The position numbers and the translations under genes were made by a program. The notes under the pieces are model-generated. The model was not told where the DNA came from. It saw nothing but the letters and a program-made list of their open reading frames with translations, and made no database searches. 64,000 nucleotides of DNA, from NCBI GenBank assembly GCA_951406725.2, contig OX597833.1, positions 54,560,001 to 54,624,000 of the forward strand, read 5' to 3'. This DNA is from Octopus vulgaris (lineage: Eukaryota). Numbering within the stretch: the first letter of the stretch is position 1; the number at the start of each line of letters is the position of its first letter. Positions 52,872 to 64,000 of this stretch are shown here, piece by piece.

Positions 52872-55626
52872 AATTTACTTTACCACACACCGAACTTTTA
52901 GAAATAGCAGCCAAAGAATTTAGCTATTTCCTCTACTATAAGAAAAGTCTCCCATATATATATATATCTACCTGGGACGTAGTCGATCCACCTGTGCATA
53001 CCTTCCTTCTTGTGACACTTGTGAAGACCTGCTGAGGTAAGTGAAAATCAATCAAAATAGATGAACATCAATGGAATTTGTATCTTTGTGGTACCAGTGC
53101 CTGTGGCACACAAGAAAACTATCCGAACGTGGCCGTAGCCAGTACCGCATCGACTGGCCTCCGTGCAGTGGGAACATGGTGGCACATAAAAACACCATCC
53201 GAAGACCCGGCAAGACTAGTCAGGTCATAACCCGTGGGCCCTACCTGGGACGTAGTCAGTCCACCTGTACATACCTTCCTTCTTGTGACACTTGTGAAGA
53301 CCTGTTGAGGCAAGTGAAAATCAAAACAAATCAAAATAGATGAACATCAATGGAATTTGTATCTTTGTGGTACCAGTGCCGGTGGCACACAAGAATCCAT
53401 CCGAACGTGGCCGTAGTCAGTACCGCATCACTGGCCATCGTGCTGTGGGCACATAACAAACACCATCCGGTCGTGGCCGTTCGCCAGCCTCATCTAGCAC
53501 CTGTGTCGGTGGCACATAAAAACACCATCCGAAGACCCGGCAAGACTAGTCAGGCCATAACCCATGGCCCCTACCTGGGACGTAGTCAGTCCACCTGTGC
53601 ATACCTTCCTCCTTGTGATACTTGTGAAGGCCTGTTGAGGCAAGTGAAAATCAAAATCAAATCAAAACAAATCAAAATAGATGAACATCAATGGAATTTG
53701 TATCTTTGTGGTACCAGTGCCGGTGGCACACAAGAGAAAACCATCCGAAAGTGGCCGTAGCCAGTACCGCATCGACTGGCCTCCGTGCTGTGGGCACATG
53801 ACAAACACCATCCGATCGTGGCCGTTCGCCAGCCTCATCTAGCACCTGTGTCGGTGGCACATAAAAATACCATCCGAAGACCCGGCAAGACTAGTCAGGC
53901 CATAACCCATGGCCCCTACCTGGGACGTAGTCAGTCCACCTGTGCATACCTTCCTTCTTGTGACACTTGTGAAGACCTGTTGAGGCAAGTGAAAATCAAA
54001 ATCAAAACAAATCAAAATAGATGAACATCAATGGAATCTGTATCTTTGTGGTACCAGTGCCGGTGGCACACACTTTGTGGTACCAGTGCCGGTGGCACAC
54101 AAGAGAACCATCCGAACGTGGCCATAGCCAGATCCGCATCGACCGGCCTCCGTGCTGTGGGCACGTAACAAACACCATCCGATCATGGCCGTTCGCCAGC
54201 CTCACCTGGCACCTGTGTCGGTGGCACATAAAAACACCTTCCGAAGACCCGGCAAGACTAGTCAGTCCACCTGTGCATACCTTCCTTCTTGTGACACTTG
54301 TGAAGACCTGTTGAGGCAAGTGAAAATCAAATCAAATCAAAATAGATGAACATCAATGGAATTTGTATCTTTGTGGTACCAGTGCCTGTGGCACACAAGA
54401 AATCCATCCGAACGTGGCCGTAGTCAGTACCGCATCGACTGGCCATCGTGCTGTGGGCACATAACAAACACCATCCGATCGTGGCCGTTCGCCAGCCTCA
54501 TCTAGCACCTGTGTCGGTGGCACATAAAAACACCATCCGAAGACCCGGCAAGACTAGTCAGGCCATATCCCATGGCCCCTACCTGGGACGTAGTCAGTCC
54601 ACCTGTGCATACCTTCCTCCTTGTGATACTTGTGAAGGCCTGTTGAGGCAAGTGAAAATCAAAATCAAAATGAAATCAAAACAAATCAAATCAAATCAAA
54701 TCAAAACAAATCAAAATAGATGAACATTAATGGAATTGTATCTTTGTGGTACCAGTGCCGGTGGCACACAAGGAAACCATCCGAACGTGGCCGTAGCCAG
54801 TACCGCACCGACTGGCCTCCGTGCTGTGGGCACGTAACAAACACCATCTGATCGTGGCCGTTCGCCAGCCTCATCTGGCACCTGTGTCGGTGGCACATAA
54901 AAACACCATCCGAAGACCCGGCAAGACTAGTCAGGCCATAACCTGTGGCCCCTACCTGGGACGTAGTCAGTCCACCTGTGCATACCTTCCTTCTTGTGAC
55001 ACTTGTGAAGACCTGTTGAGGCAAGTGAAAATCAAAACAAATCAAAATAGATGAACATCAATGGAATTTTATATCTTTGTGGTACCAGTGCCGGTGGCAC
55101 GTGGCACACAAGAAAACCATCCGAACGTGGCCGTAGCCAGTACCGCATCGACTGGCCTCCGTGCTGTGGGCACGTAACAAACACCATCCGATCGTGGCCG
55201 TTTGCCAGCCTCATCTGGCACCTGTGTCGGTGGCACATAAAAACACCATCCGAGCGTGGCCGTCTGCCAGCCTCGTCTGGCACCTGTGTCGGTGGCACAT
55301 AAAAAACACCATCCGAGCGTGGCCGTTTGCCAGCCTCGTCTGGCACCTGTGTCGGTGGCACATAAAATCACCCACTACACTCTCGGAGTGGTTGGCGTTA
55401 GGAAGGGCATCCAGCTGTAGAAACACTGCCAGATCTGACTGGACTGGTGCAGCTTTCGGGCTCCCCAGACCCCAGTTGAACCGTCCAACCCATGCTAGCA
55501 TGGAAAGTGGACGTTAAATGATGATGATGATGATGATGATATATGGGAGACTTTTCTTATAGTAGAGGAAATAGCTAAATTCTTTGGCTGCTATTTCTAA
55601 AAGTTCGGTGTGTGGTAAAGTAAATT
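52872..55626. repeat. Perfect ~88-bp inverted repeat arms (52872-52959 and 55539-55626)
   Basis: AATTTACTTTACCACACACCGAAC...AAGTCTCCCATATAT and its exact reverse complement. Confidence 0.95.
52968..55540 (+). mobile_element. RTE 3' UTR with a tandem array of about seven 280-375-bp units, ending in the family A tail
   Basis: ATGAACAT(C/T)AATGG at 53061, 53340, 53681, 54021, 54346, 54720 and 55051; terminal GGACGTTAAA(TGA)n. Confidence 0.92.
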
Positions 55627-56195
55627 CTGTGTATCTTTCTGTTGAAGAGTGTATGTATATATATGTATATATGTATATATATGTAAAAATTATTTTATAA
55701 CATTATATAAACTAGACGATATTGCTTAAAAAATTTTTTGGAGAAATTACTTGATTTTTCTTCTCTCAAATAGCTCTACCCTCATGATCTTAGTATGTAT
55801 AAGGGAGCTTTATATAAATAGCATTTTGTAAGTATCAATTAGAAAATATAAATTATCAAGTAAGGCTTAATAATAGCAATTTCTTAAACCTATGATAAAA
55901 CCCATAATTTTATAAAAAGATTTGTCGATAATAAAATTTTTGTCTAATAGCTTAATTATTTCTTTACCTGATATTAAACATTAGTCATTTATAGATAATC
56001 TCATGACAAGTAAATATAATTTTTAGTCTAAAATTTAGAATTATAAATTTTTCTAACAAATTCCCTCTGAATCTCTCAAAATTTTTCTAAACAATATTTG
56101 GATCTACATGTCATACATGGGAAATTACCTTGGATGTGTATTTTACTTACCTTATATACCTTATTGTTTTTGGAATATACCTTATAGGTTTTGGA

Positions 56196-56476
56196 ATCTG
56201 CCAGCCTCGTCTGGCACCTGTGTCGGTGGCACATAAAAAACACCATCCGAGCGTGGCCGTTCACCAGCCTCATCTGGCACCTGTGTCGGTGGCACATAAA
56301 ATCACCCACTACACTCTCGGAGTGGTTGGCGTTAGGAAGGGCATCCAGCTGTAGAAACACTGCCAGATCTGACTGGCCTGGTGCAGCCTTCGGGCTCCCC
56401 AGACCCCAGTTGAACCATCCAACCCATGCTAGCATGGAAAGCGGACGTTAAACGATGATGATGATGGTGATGATGA
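56196..56476 (+). mobile_element. RTE 3' UTR fragment (family A)
   Basis: Nearly identical to 55262-55540. Confidence 0.9.
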
Positions 56477-57531
56477 AATCCTTTTACCCCTTGTCTATAA
56501 TATTCTACAAAGAATTATATTTTTATTATATTTTCATATTTTATTTCTTTATTTTACTTTAAAACCAATCTCTTATCTATTTATTTACTATATCATTTTA
56601 TTTAAAATATATCTCTATAAATTTCATACTCAGCTTAGATAAAACTATACTGGTATGTTCACTGTTTATAATCTAAGAAATATACTCAAACTAAAATTGT
56701 TAATGTGAAATAAAGTGTCTTTCTCAAGAACACAACACACAGCCCGGTCCAGGAATCGAACTCACTACCTTATGATTGTGAACCTGTTGGTCTACATGCC
56801 TTCAGCATGCAGTGGAAATAAACCTAAAGCCCACACACAAACACACATGACACACACATGACACACACAAACACACACAGACATACACGTATACACACAC
56901 ACGACACACACAAACACACACACACATACACACACACACACACACATTACACACACAAACACACACACACATACACACACACACAAGCACACACAAACAC
57001 ACACACACACATATATGACACACACACACAAACACACACACATACGCATATGACACACATGTACACACATGCACACACACACACACACACATAATTATTT
57101 ATCTGTCTGTCTGTTTGTCTATCTATTGTCCTATCTTACCTCCTGTCCTCCTCGCATGCTATTACTCTCTAACCCTTTCTCCATTTCCTGCAGCCTTGCT
57201 TCTTTGGCAAACTCAAAAACGGATCTGCTGGGAAAGAAGTTCCTCATTCCTTTGCATGACCATTTCCATTCGGATTTCAATTTGCAGCCATATTCAATTA
57301 CTTTCACTTCTCAATCACCTTTTATAAAAAGATCCTAATCCTTACCACATCTTAAAATAGTAATTTCAACTTTGGCTGTGATGCTACAGCCAAGACACTG
57401 CACCGTTTTTGTCTTTGATTCTCTTTCTTAGTCTAACTATTACTATCTCCCTATATTATAGATGCAATATTGCAAGCTACTTAAGGCGATGAGCTGGCAG
57501 AATCGTTAGCACGTGGGGAGAAATGCTTAGT

Positions 57532-57565
<34 letters not shown>

Positions 57566-57568
<3 letters not shown>

Positions 57569-57731
57569 TCATCATCATCATCATCATTTAACGTCCGCCT
57601 TCCATGCTAGCATGGGTTGGACGGTTCAACTGGGGTCTGGGGAGCCCGAAAGCTGCACAGACGAGGCTGGCAAACGGCCACGCTCGGATGGTGTTTTTTA
57701 TGTGCCACCGACACAGGTGCCAGACGAGGCA
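57566..57731 (-). mobile_element. RTE 3' UTR fragment with an internal deletion, in (TA)n
   Basis: The tail is joined directly to the upstream module; TA tracts on both sides. Confidence 0.85.
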
Positions 57732-57846
57732 TATATATATATATATATATATAGGGTGGCGAATACTCGTTATAAATATCACCACCAGTGGCCTAGTATG
57801 TATAAAAAGTCAATAGACAACATATTCGTATTTCAAAATAAAAAAT

Positions 57847-58079
57847 TACCCTTTAACAGGTAATTTTACATGCTAGAAATAGCAGCCAACACGGCCAAAA
57901 ACCACAATTATTTGCTAAAGAAATCTGAAACCATGGTATAACCGTTACCATGGTATAACCGTTATATAACGAGGTAAAGGTTTTTATTTTTCATTTACTT
58001 CGAAATTTGCTATAAAATTGTCGTTTTTGGCCATGTTGGCTGTTATTTCTAGCATGTAAAATTACCTGTTAAAGGGTAT
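57847..58079. repeat. Imperfect ~63-bp inverted repeat
   Basis: TACCCTTTAACAGGTAATTTTACATGCTAGAAATAGCAGCCAACA.. pairs with ..TGTTGGCTGTTATTTCTAGCATGTAAAATTACCTGTTAAAGGGTA. Confidence 0.9.
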
Positions 58080-58231
58080 ATATAAATTTTAAATTTTAAA
58101 TTTGAGTTACAAAGCAGGCAATATAAACTAGTCGTGTTGCATACGTACATATATGTATGTATACGTTCGTATATGTAAGTATTCGTATGTTATATGTATA
58201 TATATATGTATTTATGTTACTTTCTGCATAT

Positions 58232-58290
58232 ATTCCACTGATGAGGCAAAGCATTTCTAAATGCAAAGCCAGAAATCCGGAATCTGGAAT
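58232..58290 (+). ncRNA. Type I minimal hammerhead ribozyme candidate
   Basis: Stem I ATTCCA/TGGAAT; core CTGATGA; stem II GGC..GCATT/AATGC..GCC; (A)GAAA; palindromic TCCGGA; ATC cleavage triplet. Confidence 0.7.
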
Positions 58291-58604
58291 TATCCAGTAA
58301 TTTTTTGCTAGTTTTATTTTGTCTTTTTGTCTTCTCTCCTTGTGCCGTATGAACATTTAATGTGGTTTTAGAGTCAGATTCTAGCTGCTATTTTCACCAT
58401 CTTGTAGATACCCTAAATTATAATTTTAATAATTATATACATATATATATATGTGTGTGTGTGTATGTATGTATATGTTTGTGCATCTGTGTTTGTCACC
58501 CCCCACACCATCGCTTGTCAGTCGATGTTGGTGTAACTTAGCAGTTCAGCAAAAGAGATCAATAGAATAAGGAACCAGGCTTATAGTGGCACCTTGGACA
58601 AGTG

Positions 58605-59720
58605 CTTGTTTTCCCTACTGGCATGAGCTGGACAATTTGATGGGAGCTGACCAGCTGGACAGCTGAAGAGCCACCTGGGCTCCATATCTGTTTTGACATG
58701 GTTTCTATGGCTGGATGGATAGATGGATGTCCTTTCTAACTCCAACCACTTTACAAAGTGTACTGGGTGTTCTTATGCTGCACCGGCATGGACCCTTTTA
58801 CACAGCACCAGTACGAATGCTTTTTATATGGCCCCAACATCCATGAGCCCACACGATTAGGAACACTGAGCTGGAGAGGGATGCAGGAGACAAAGCTGTA
58901 TGTAAGGACAACCATGCTTTTGCTTAATTCGAAGTGTCTTCTGAAGCACGGCAAACCACTAGGTGCCCTGCGTGAGGCCCAACATCCGAAGATCTTTTCT
59001 CACCCCTTCATCCCACTTCTTCCTCGGTCTACCACTTCCACATATTCCTTCCACACCTATTTCTTTATTACCCACAAGGGGCTAAGCATAGAGAGGATAA
59101 ACAAGGACAGACAAACGAATTAAGTCGATTACATCGACCCCAGTGCATAACTGGTACTTATTTAATTGACCCCGAAAGGATGAAAGGCAAAGTCGACCTC
59201 GGCGGAATTTGAACTCAGAACATAACGGCAGATAAAATACCTATTTCTTTATTACCCACAAGGGGCTAAACACAGAGGGGACAAACAAGGACAGACATAG
59301 GTATTAAGTCGATTACATCGACCCCAGTGCATAACTGGTACTTAATTTATTGACCCCGAAAGGATGAAAGGCAAAGTCGACCTCGGCAGAATTTGAACTC
59401 AGAATGTAACGGCAGATAAAATACCTATTTCTTTACTACCCACAAGGGGCTAAACACAGAGGGGACAAACAAGGACAGACATAAGTATTAAGTCGATTAC
59501 ATCGACCCCAGTGCGTAACTGGTACTTATTTAATCGACCCCAAAAGGATGAAAGGCAAAGTCGACCTCAGCGGAATTTGAACTCAGAACGTAACGGCAGA
59601 CGAAATACCGCTAAGCATTTCGCCCGGTGCGCTAACGGTTCTGCCATCTCGCCTATATTCCTTCCACACCTAGAGATCAATACTTGTTGATGCAACTGTC
59701 TTCTTTCATATGCAGATATA
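58605..59720 (-). mobile_element. RTE 3' end (ORF C-terminus plus UTR) split by a SINE B trimer
   Basis: GRPRKKWDEGVRKDLRMLGLT is followed by the family A UTR motifs, which links family A to RTE. Confidence 0.8.
59058..59654 (-). mobile_element. SINE B trimer (one full and two headless units) within one 18-bp TSD
   Basis: ATATTCCTTCCACACCTA on both sides; units recur at ~184-bp spacing. Confidence 0.92.
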
Positions 59721-59734
59721 TGGTTTCTAAACAT

Positions 59735-60997
59735 TAAGTCCAATTTGTCAAAGCATCTGTGTTTCAAAATAGTGGATTGAGGCAGAGGATGAGAGCAATA
59801 AGGAAAGAAATGACATCGAGAAGGAAGATATGGAAACTAAAAAGAAATATTGTTGTTAGAGAAAAACCTATAACCAACATTTGATTTTGCCTGTTTAAAT
59901 AACAAGGAGAAACCAGAGAAGTGGTTCTCAACCATTTTTTGCCTATGGGCCCCTTTGATTCCTATTTCGCTCTCCTAGACCTCCATAGCCATTCACTGTA
60001 GGTTTTAAAAATCCTGTTGTATTTTTATAAATAAATATTATTCCTTTATTCTTTTATTCTTTTATTTCTTTCAGTCATTTGACTGTGGCCATGCTGGAGC
60101 ACCACCTTCAGTCAAACAAAGCACTGCCTTTACTTGAGCAAATCGACCCCAGGGACTTATTCTTTGTAAGCCTAGTACTTATTCTATTGGTCTCTTTTGC
60201 CGAACTGCTAAGTTACGGGGACATAAACACACCAGCATCGGTTGTCAAGCGATGTTGGGGGGACAAACACAGACGCACAAACACACACACGCATATATAT
60301 ATATATATATATATACATATATACGACGGGCTTCTTTCAGTTTCCGTCTACCAAATCAATTCACAAGGCTTTGGTTGGCCCGAGGCTATAGTAGAAGACA
60401 CTTGCCCAAGGTGCCATGCAGTGGGACTGAACCCAGAAGCATCTGGTTGGTAAGCAAGCTACTTACCACACAGCCACTCCTAAGTCCAATTTGTCAAATA
60501 GTGGAATCAGGCAGAGGACAAGAGCAATAAGGAAAGAAATGACATCGAGAAGGAAGATATGGAAACTAAAAAGAAATATTGTTGTTAGAGAAAAACCTAT
60601 GACCAACATTTGATTTTGCCTGTTTAAATAACAAGGAGAAACCAGAGAAGTGGTTCTCAACCATTTTTCGCCTATGGGCCCCTTTGATTCCTATTTCGCT
60701 CTCCTAGACCTCCATAGCCATTCACTGTAGGTTTAAAAAATCCTGTTGTATTTTTATAAATAAATATTATTCCTTTATTCTTTTATTCTTTTATTTCTTT
60801 CAGTCATTTGACTGCAGCCATGCTGGAGCACCACCTTTAGTTGAGCAAATCGACCCCCCAGGACTTATTCTTTGTAAGCCTAGTACTTATTCTATCGGTC
60901 TCTTTTGCTGAACCAAGTTATGGCAGCGTAAACTCATCAGCATCAGTTGTCAAGGGATATTGGGGGGACAAACACAGACACACAAACATATACATAT

Positions 60998-61040
<43 letters not shown>

Positions 61041-61208
61041 CATACATATACAATGGGCATCTTTCAGTTTCCGTCTACCAAATCTACTCACAAGGCTTTG
61101 GTCAGCCCAAGGCTATAGTAGAAGGCACTTGCCCAAGGTGCCATGCAGTGGGACTGAACTTGGAACCATGTGGTTGGTAAGCAAGCTACATACCACACAG
61201 CCACTCCT
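59735..61208. repeat. Tandem duplication (~745 bp): flank, hAT MITE left end and antisense SINE C
   Basis: TAAGTCCAATTTGTCAAA at 59735 and 60481; each unit ends at a SINE C head (CAGCCACTCC). Confidence 0.9.
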
Positions 61209-61382
61209 CTTGGTAAGAATTGCATAAAAAAATTAAAATATTTTATGAATTATTGAAGTGTAAGCAATTTATTGTGCATAAATTTTGACAACAAAATCTT
61301 ATATGGACCCCCAAGTCTAAACGGACCCCTTAGGGCTATATGGACCCCAAAGAGTCATATGGACACTGGTTGAGAACCACTG
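60648..61382. mobile_element. hAT (Charlie-like) MITE carrying SINE C
   Basis: TIRs (A)AGTGGTTCTCAACC and GGTTGAGAACCACTG; 8-bp flanks AACCAGAG/AGCCAGAA; subterminal TATGGACCCC repeats. Confidence 0.82.
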
Positions 61383-61818
61383 AGCCAGAAAGTTTAACAT
61401 AGACAACAACAAGAAATTCCAGTAAGTCACTGAGCTGTTTTGTGTGGAGCAAAGCAGTAAGTGACACAGTGGTAGAATAATTAAGTAGATAAGGCAATCA
61501 GAGCGAAGTGATCAACTTGGAAAGAGGTACAGAAATAAGGAAACAAGGAAACAAAGAATGGTGTTAAGAAATTCAGTGAGAAGCAAATCTTCAGACTTAT
61601 TTCTTCAGATAAATGACTGACAGTAAGCAGTTTGTTACTATCTATCACTGAAGAGAAAAACATTAAATATTTTATGGTTCCTAACTGCAAAAAAACTGTG
61701 CTCAAATGAACCATGATATCAACTAAATAGATATAAGTCGTAATACTTACAGAGATGTACTTGCATAGCAAGTGATTTGATCTGAGATCGTGTGCTGAAA
61801 CAGAAACAATTACAGCGT

Positions 61819-62045
61819 GGAAGGTGTTTGTAAGCCATTTAAGAAACACACAAAAGCCGTTCGATTCACTTCAACATTTAAGTTTAATTTGTCAAAATAT
61901 TTTCGTCGCTTTAAGACCGCGACCTTTTGTCAGTGAACAGGTCGCGGTCTTAAAGCGACGAAAATATTTTGACAAATTAAACTTAAATGTTGAAGTGAAT
62001 CGAACGGCTTTTGTGTGTTTCTTAAATGGCTTACAAACACCTTCC
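61819..62045. repeat. Perfect palindrome with 107-bp arms and a 13-nt spacer
   Basis: 61819-61925 is the reverse complement of 61939-62045. Confidence 0.97.
61926..61976 (+). ncRNA. Variant (G3:C8) minimal hammerhead ribozyme candidate
   Basis: Stem I TTTGTCA/TGACAAA; core GTGAACA plus G; stem II GTCGC/GCGAC; GAAA; palindromic AATATT stem III; UUU cleavage triplet. Confidence 0.6.
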
Positions 62046-62435
62046 GTGCTGCAGTTGTAATACTGTTGTGCTTCTCTTGTGTTATCTGTATTGTTTTTAT
62101 ACCAGTTTGTGTCGCGTGATTTCTAGGTTTCTCCCAATGATAGTGTTTGGGAATGGGTGAAAGAGATGTAGCTGGGTTGTGTAGACTTGTGAGAAGGTTG
62201 CGTAGAATTGGTGAGACTGGAGTTTTGTTGATTTTTATGTGATTTTGTATCTTCTCAAGTATGTTGTTGTGCATGCCTTGTTAGTTTTTCGGTGTGGGTA
62301 TTGCTTGTTGCGTTTGCTACTACAAGCAAGACTTCAAAGTATATTTCCAGGCCCTTGTTGTAGTTTTACTAGGCCTGTTATGTCGTATTGGGTTGTAATT
62401 AAGGACTTGAGATGGAGGAGGCAGCTAGCTTGTTG

Positions 62436-62676
62436 AGAAAGGAAGAGAGAGAAAGAGAGAGGCGGAGAGAAAGATAGATAGAGAGAAAGAGAGAAGGGTA
62501 GAGAAAGATATATCGAGAGAGAGAAAGAGAGAGGGGGAGAGAAAGATATACAGAGAGAAAGAGAGAGGGGGAGAGAAAGATATATCGAGAGAGAGAAAGA
62601 GAGAGGGGAAGAGAAAGATAGACAGAGAGAAAGAGAGAGGGGGAGAGAAAGATATATCGAGAGAGAGAAAGAGAGA

Positions 62677-62708
<32 letters not shown>

Positions 62709-62765
62709 GGGGAGAGAAAGATAGATAGAGAGAGAGAGGGGGAGAGAGATAGATAGAGAGAGAAA
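62436..62765. repeat. (AG)-rich tract with a ~32-36-bp higher-order unit
   Basis: Repeated GAGAGAAAGAGAGAGGGGGAGAGAAAGATA. Confidence 0.9.
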
Positions 62766-63194
62766 TTAAATTATTTTATCGATCATATTGGATGACTATA
62801 TATATATGTAGTTACTCTCACTCCACCCTCTCTCTCTCTTTCCCTTATCTTCCCTCTCTCTCTCTCTTTCCCTTATCCTCCCCCTCTCTCTTTTTCTTTT
62901 GTCCTCATTCACACATCTCTCTTTGCCTCTTTCCCCTTCTTTCTCTTTCTTTTGCCCTCTCTCTCTCTCATGTGCACATCTTTCTTTGCCGCTTCCCTCT
63001 CTCCTTCTCTCTCCGTCTTTCTCTCTCTCTCTTTCCCTCTCTCTATGCTAAAAAGAGAGAAGCGGAATATATAGATTACAATAGATAATTGGATTTGAAG
63101 AGTTGGTGGTAGAGTTATTTCCATACAATATAACATGAATAAATGAATGAATGAATGAATAATCTTGGGAACATTTCGGTTAAAACACAGAGTA

Positions 63195-63202
63195 ATGATG
63201 AC

Positions 63203-63252
<50 letters not shown>

Positions 63253-63745
63253 CGATGACGATAATGCTGCTGCTGATGATGATGATGATGACGACGACGA
63301 TGATGACGATAACGCTGATGATGATGATGATGACGACGACGACGATCATGCTGATGATGATGATGACGACGACGACGATGATGATGACGACGACGATGAT
63401 GACGATAACGCTGATGATGATGATGATGATGACGACGACGATGATGACGATAACGCTGCTGCTGATGATGATGACGACGACGACGATCATGCTGATGATG
63501 ATGATGACGACGACGATGATGACGTTGATGATGATGATGATGATGACAACGATGATGATGGCAACGATGATGATGACGACAATGATGATGATGATGATGA
63601 TGATGATGGTGGTGATGATGATGATGATGACGACGATGATGATGACGATGACAATGATGTTGATGATGATGATGACAACAATAATAATGATGACGATGAT
63701 GATCATCATCATCATGATCATGATGGTGGTAGTGATGATGATGAA
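63195..63745. repeat. (GAT/GAC)n array
   Basis: Seen directly; explains the poly-D/M/H ORFs. Confidence 0.95.
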
Positions 63746-64000
63746 GATATATCACTGTATATACAATGTACATATTTCTGTTGAATATAAAACACTGAAA
63801 CAGCATTCCAGCTTCTGATTACAATAGACTCCCCTACAGCAAGACACCTGTTTCTGTCTCTTGATCATGTTTTAATCACTCGACACCTGCCTTAAAACCA
63901 CCTCCTTCGATGCCACTACTCTGTCTCTCAGTTGAAGTGGTTGGGTTGGGTCTTAGTCTTGCGAGTTACTTGGTGACTTCACTAGTGCAGGTGCCACATA

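Noticed and set aside
52968-55260. Retrozyme-type array
   Set aside because: The unit size fits, but I found no hammerhead core in the unit on either strand, and the sequence is RTE 3' UTR.
61930-62274. 114-aa minus-strand ORF as a gene
   Set aside because: Its C-terminal part is the palindrome arm and it has no recognisable domain; probably a repeat remnant.

Overview
Eukaryotic, AT-rich, repeat-saturated DNA with no recognisable host protein-coding gene; it is probably intronic or intergenic. The SINE families and the extreme microsatellite load look like an Octopus (coleoid cephalopod) genome, which is inferred from family recognition and not from a search. Nearly all ORFs in the track are microsatellite or repeat artefacts. 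Real content: at least five tRNA-headed SINE families, many 5'-truncated RTE LINE 3' ends that seed (GAT)n arrays, remnants of CR1/L2-like, R4/Dong-like, Tx1-like and Penelope retroelements, Tc1/mariner and hAT elements, two Helitron/Helentron-type non-autonomous elements, local duplications and several fold-back inverted repeats. The most notable signals are RNA-structural. There is a set of Penelope-type minimal hammerhead ribozyme motifs, including one with a swapped G3:C8 core inside a perfect 107-bp palindrome. There is also a covarying pseudoknot in a SINE body, a TACA-targeting RLE retroelement, and a 2.6-kb RTE-UTR tandem array sitting in the loop of a perfect ~88-bp inverted repeat. 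Coordinates were read by eye and repeat boundaries are approximate.
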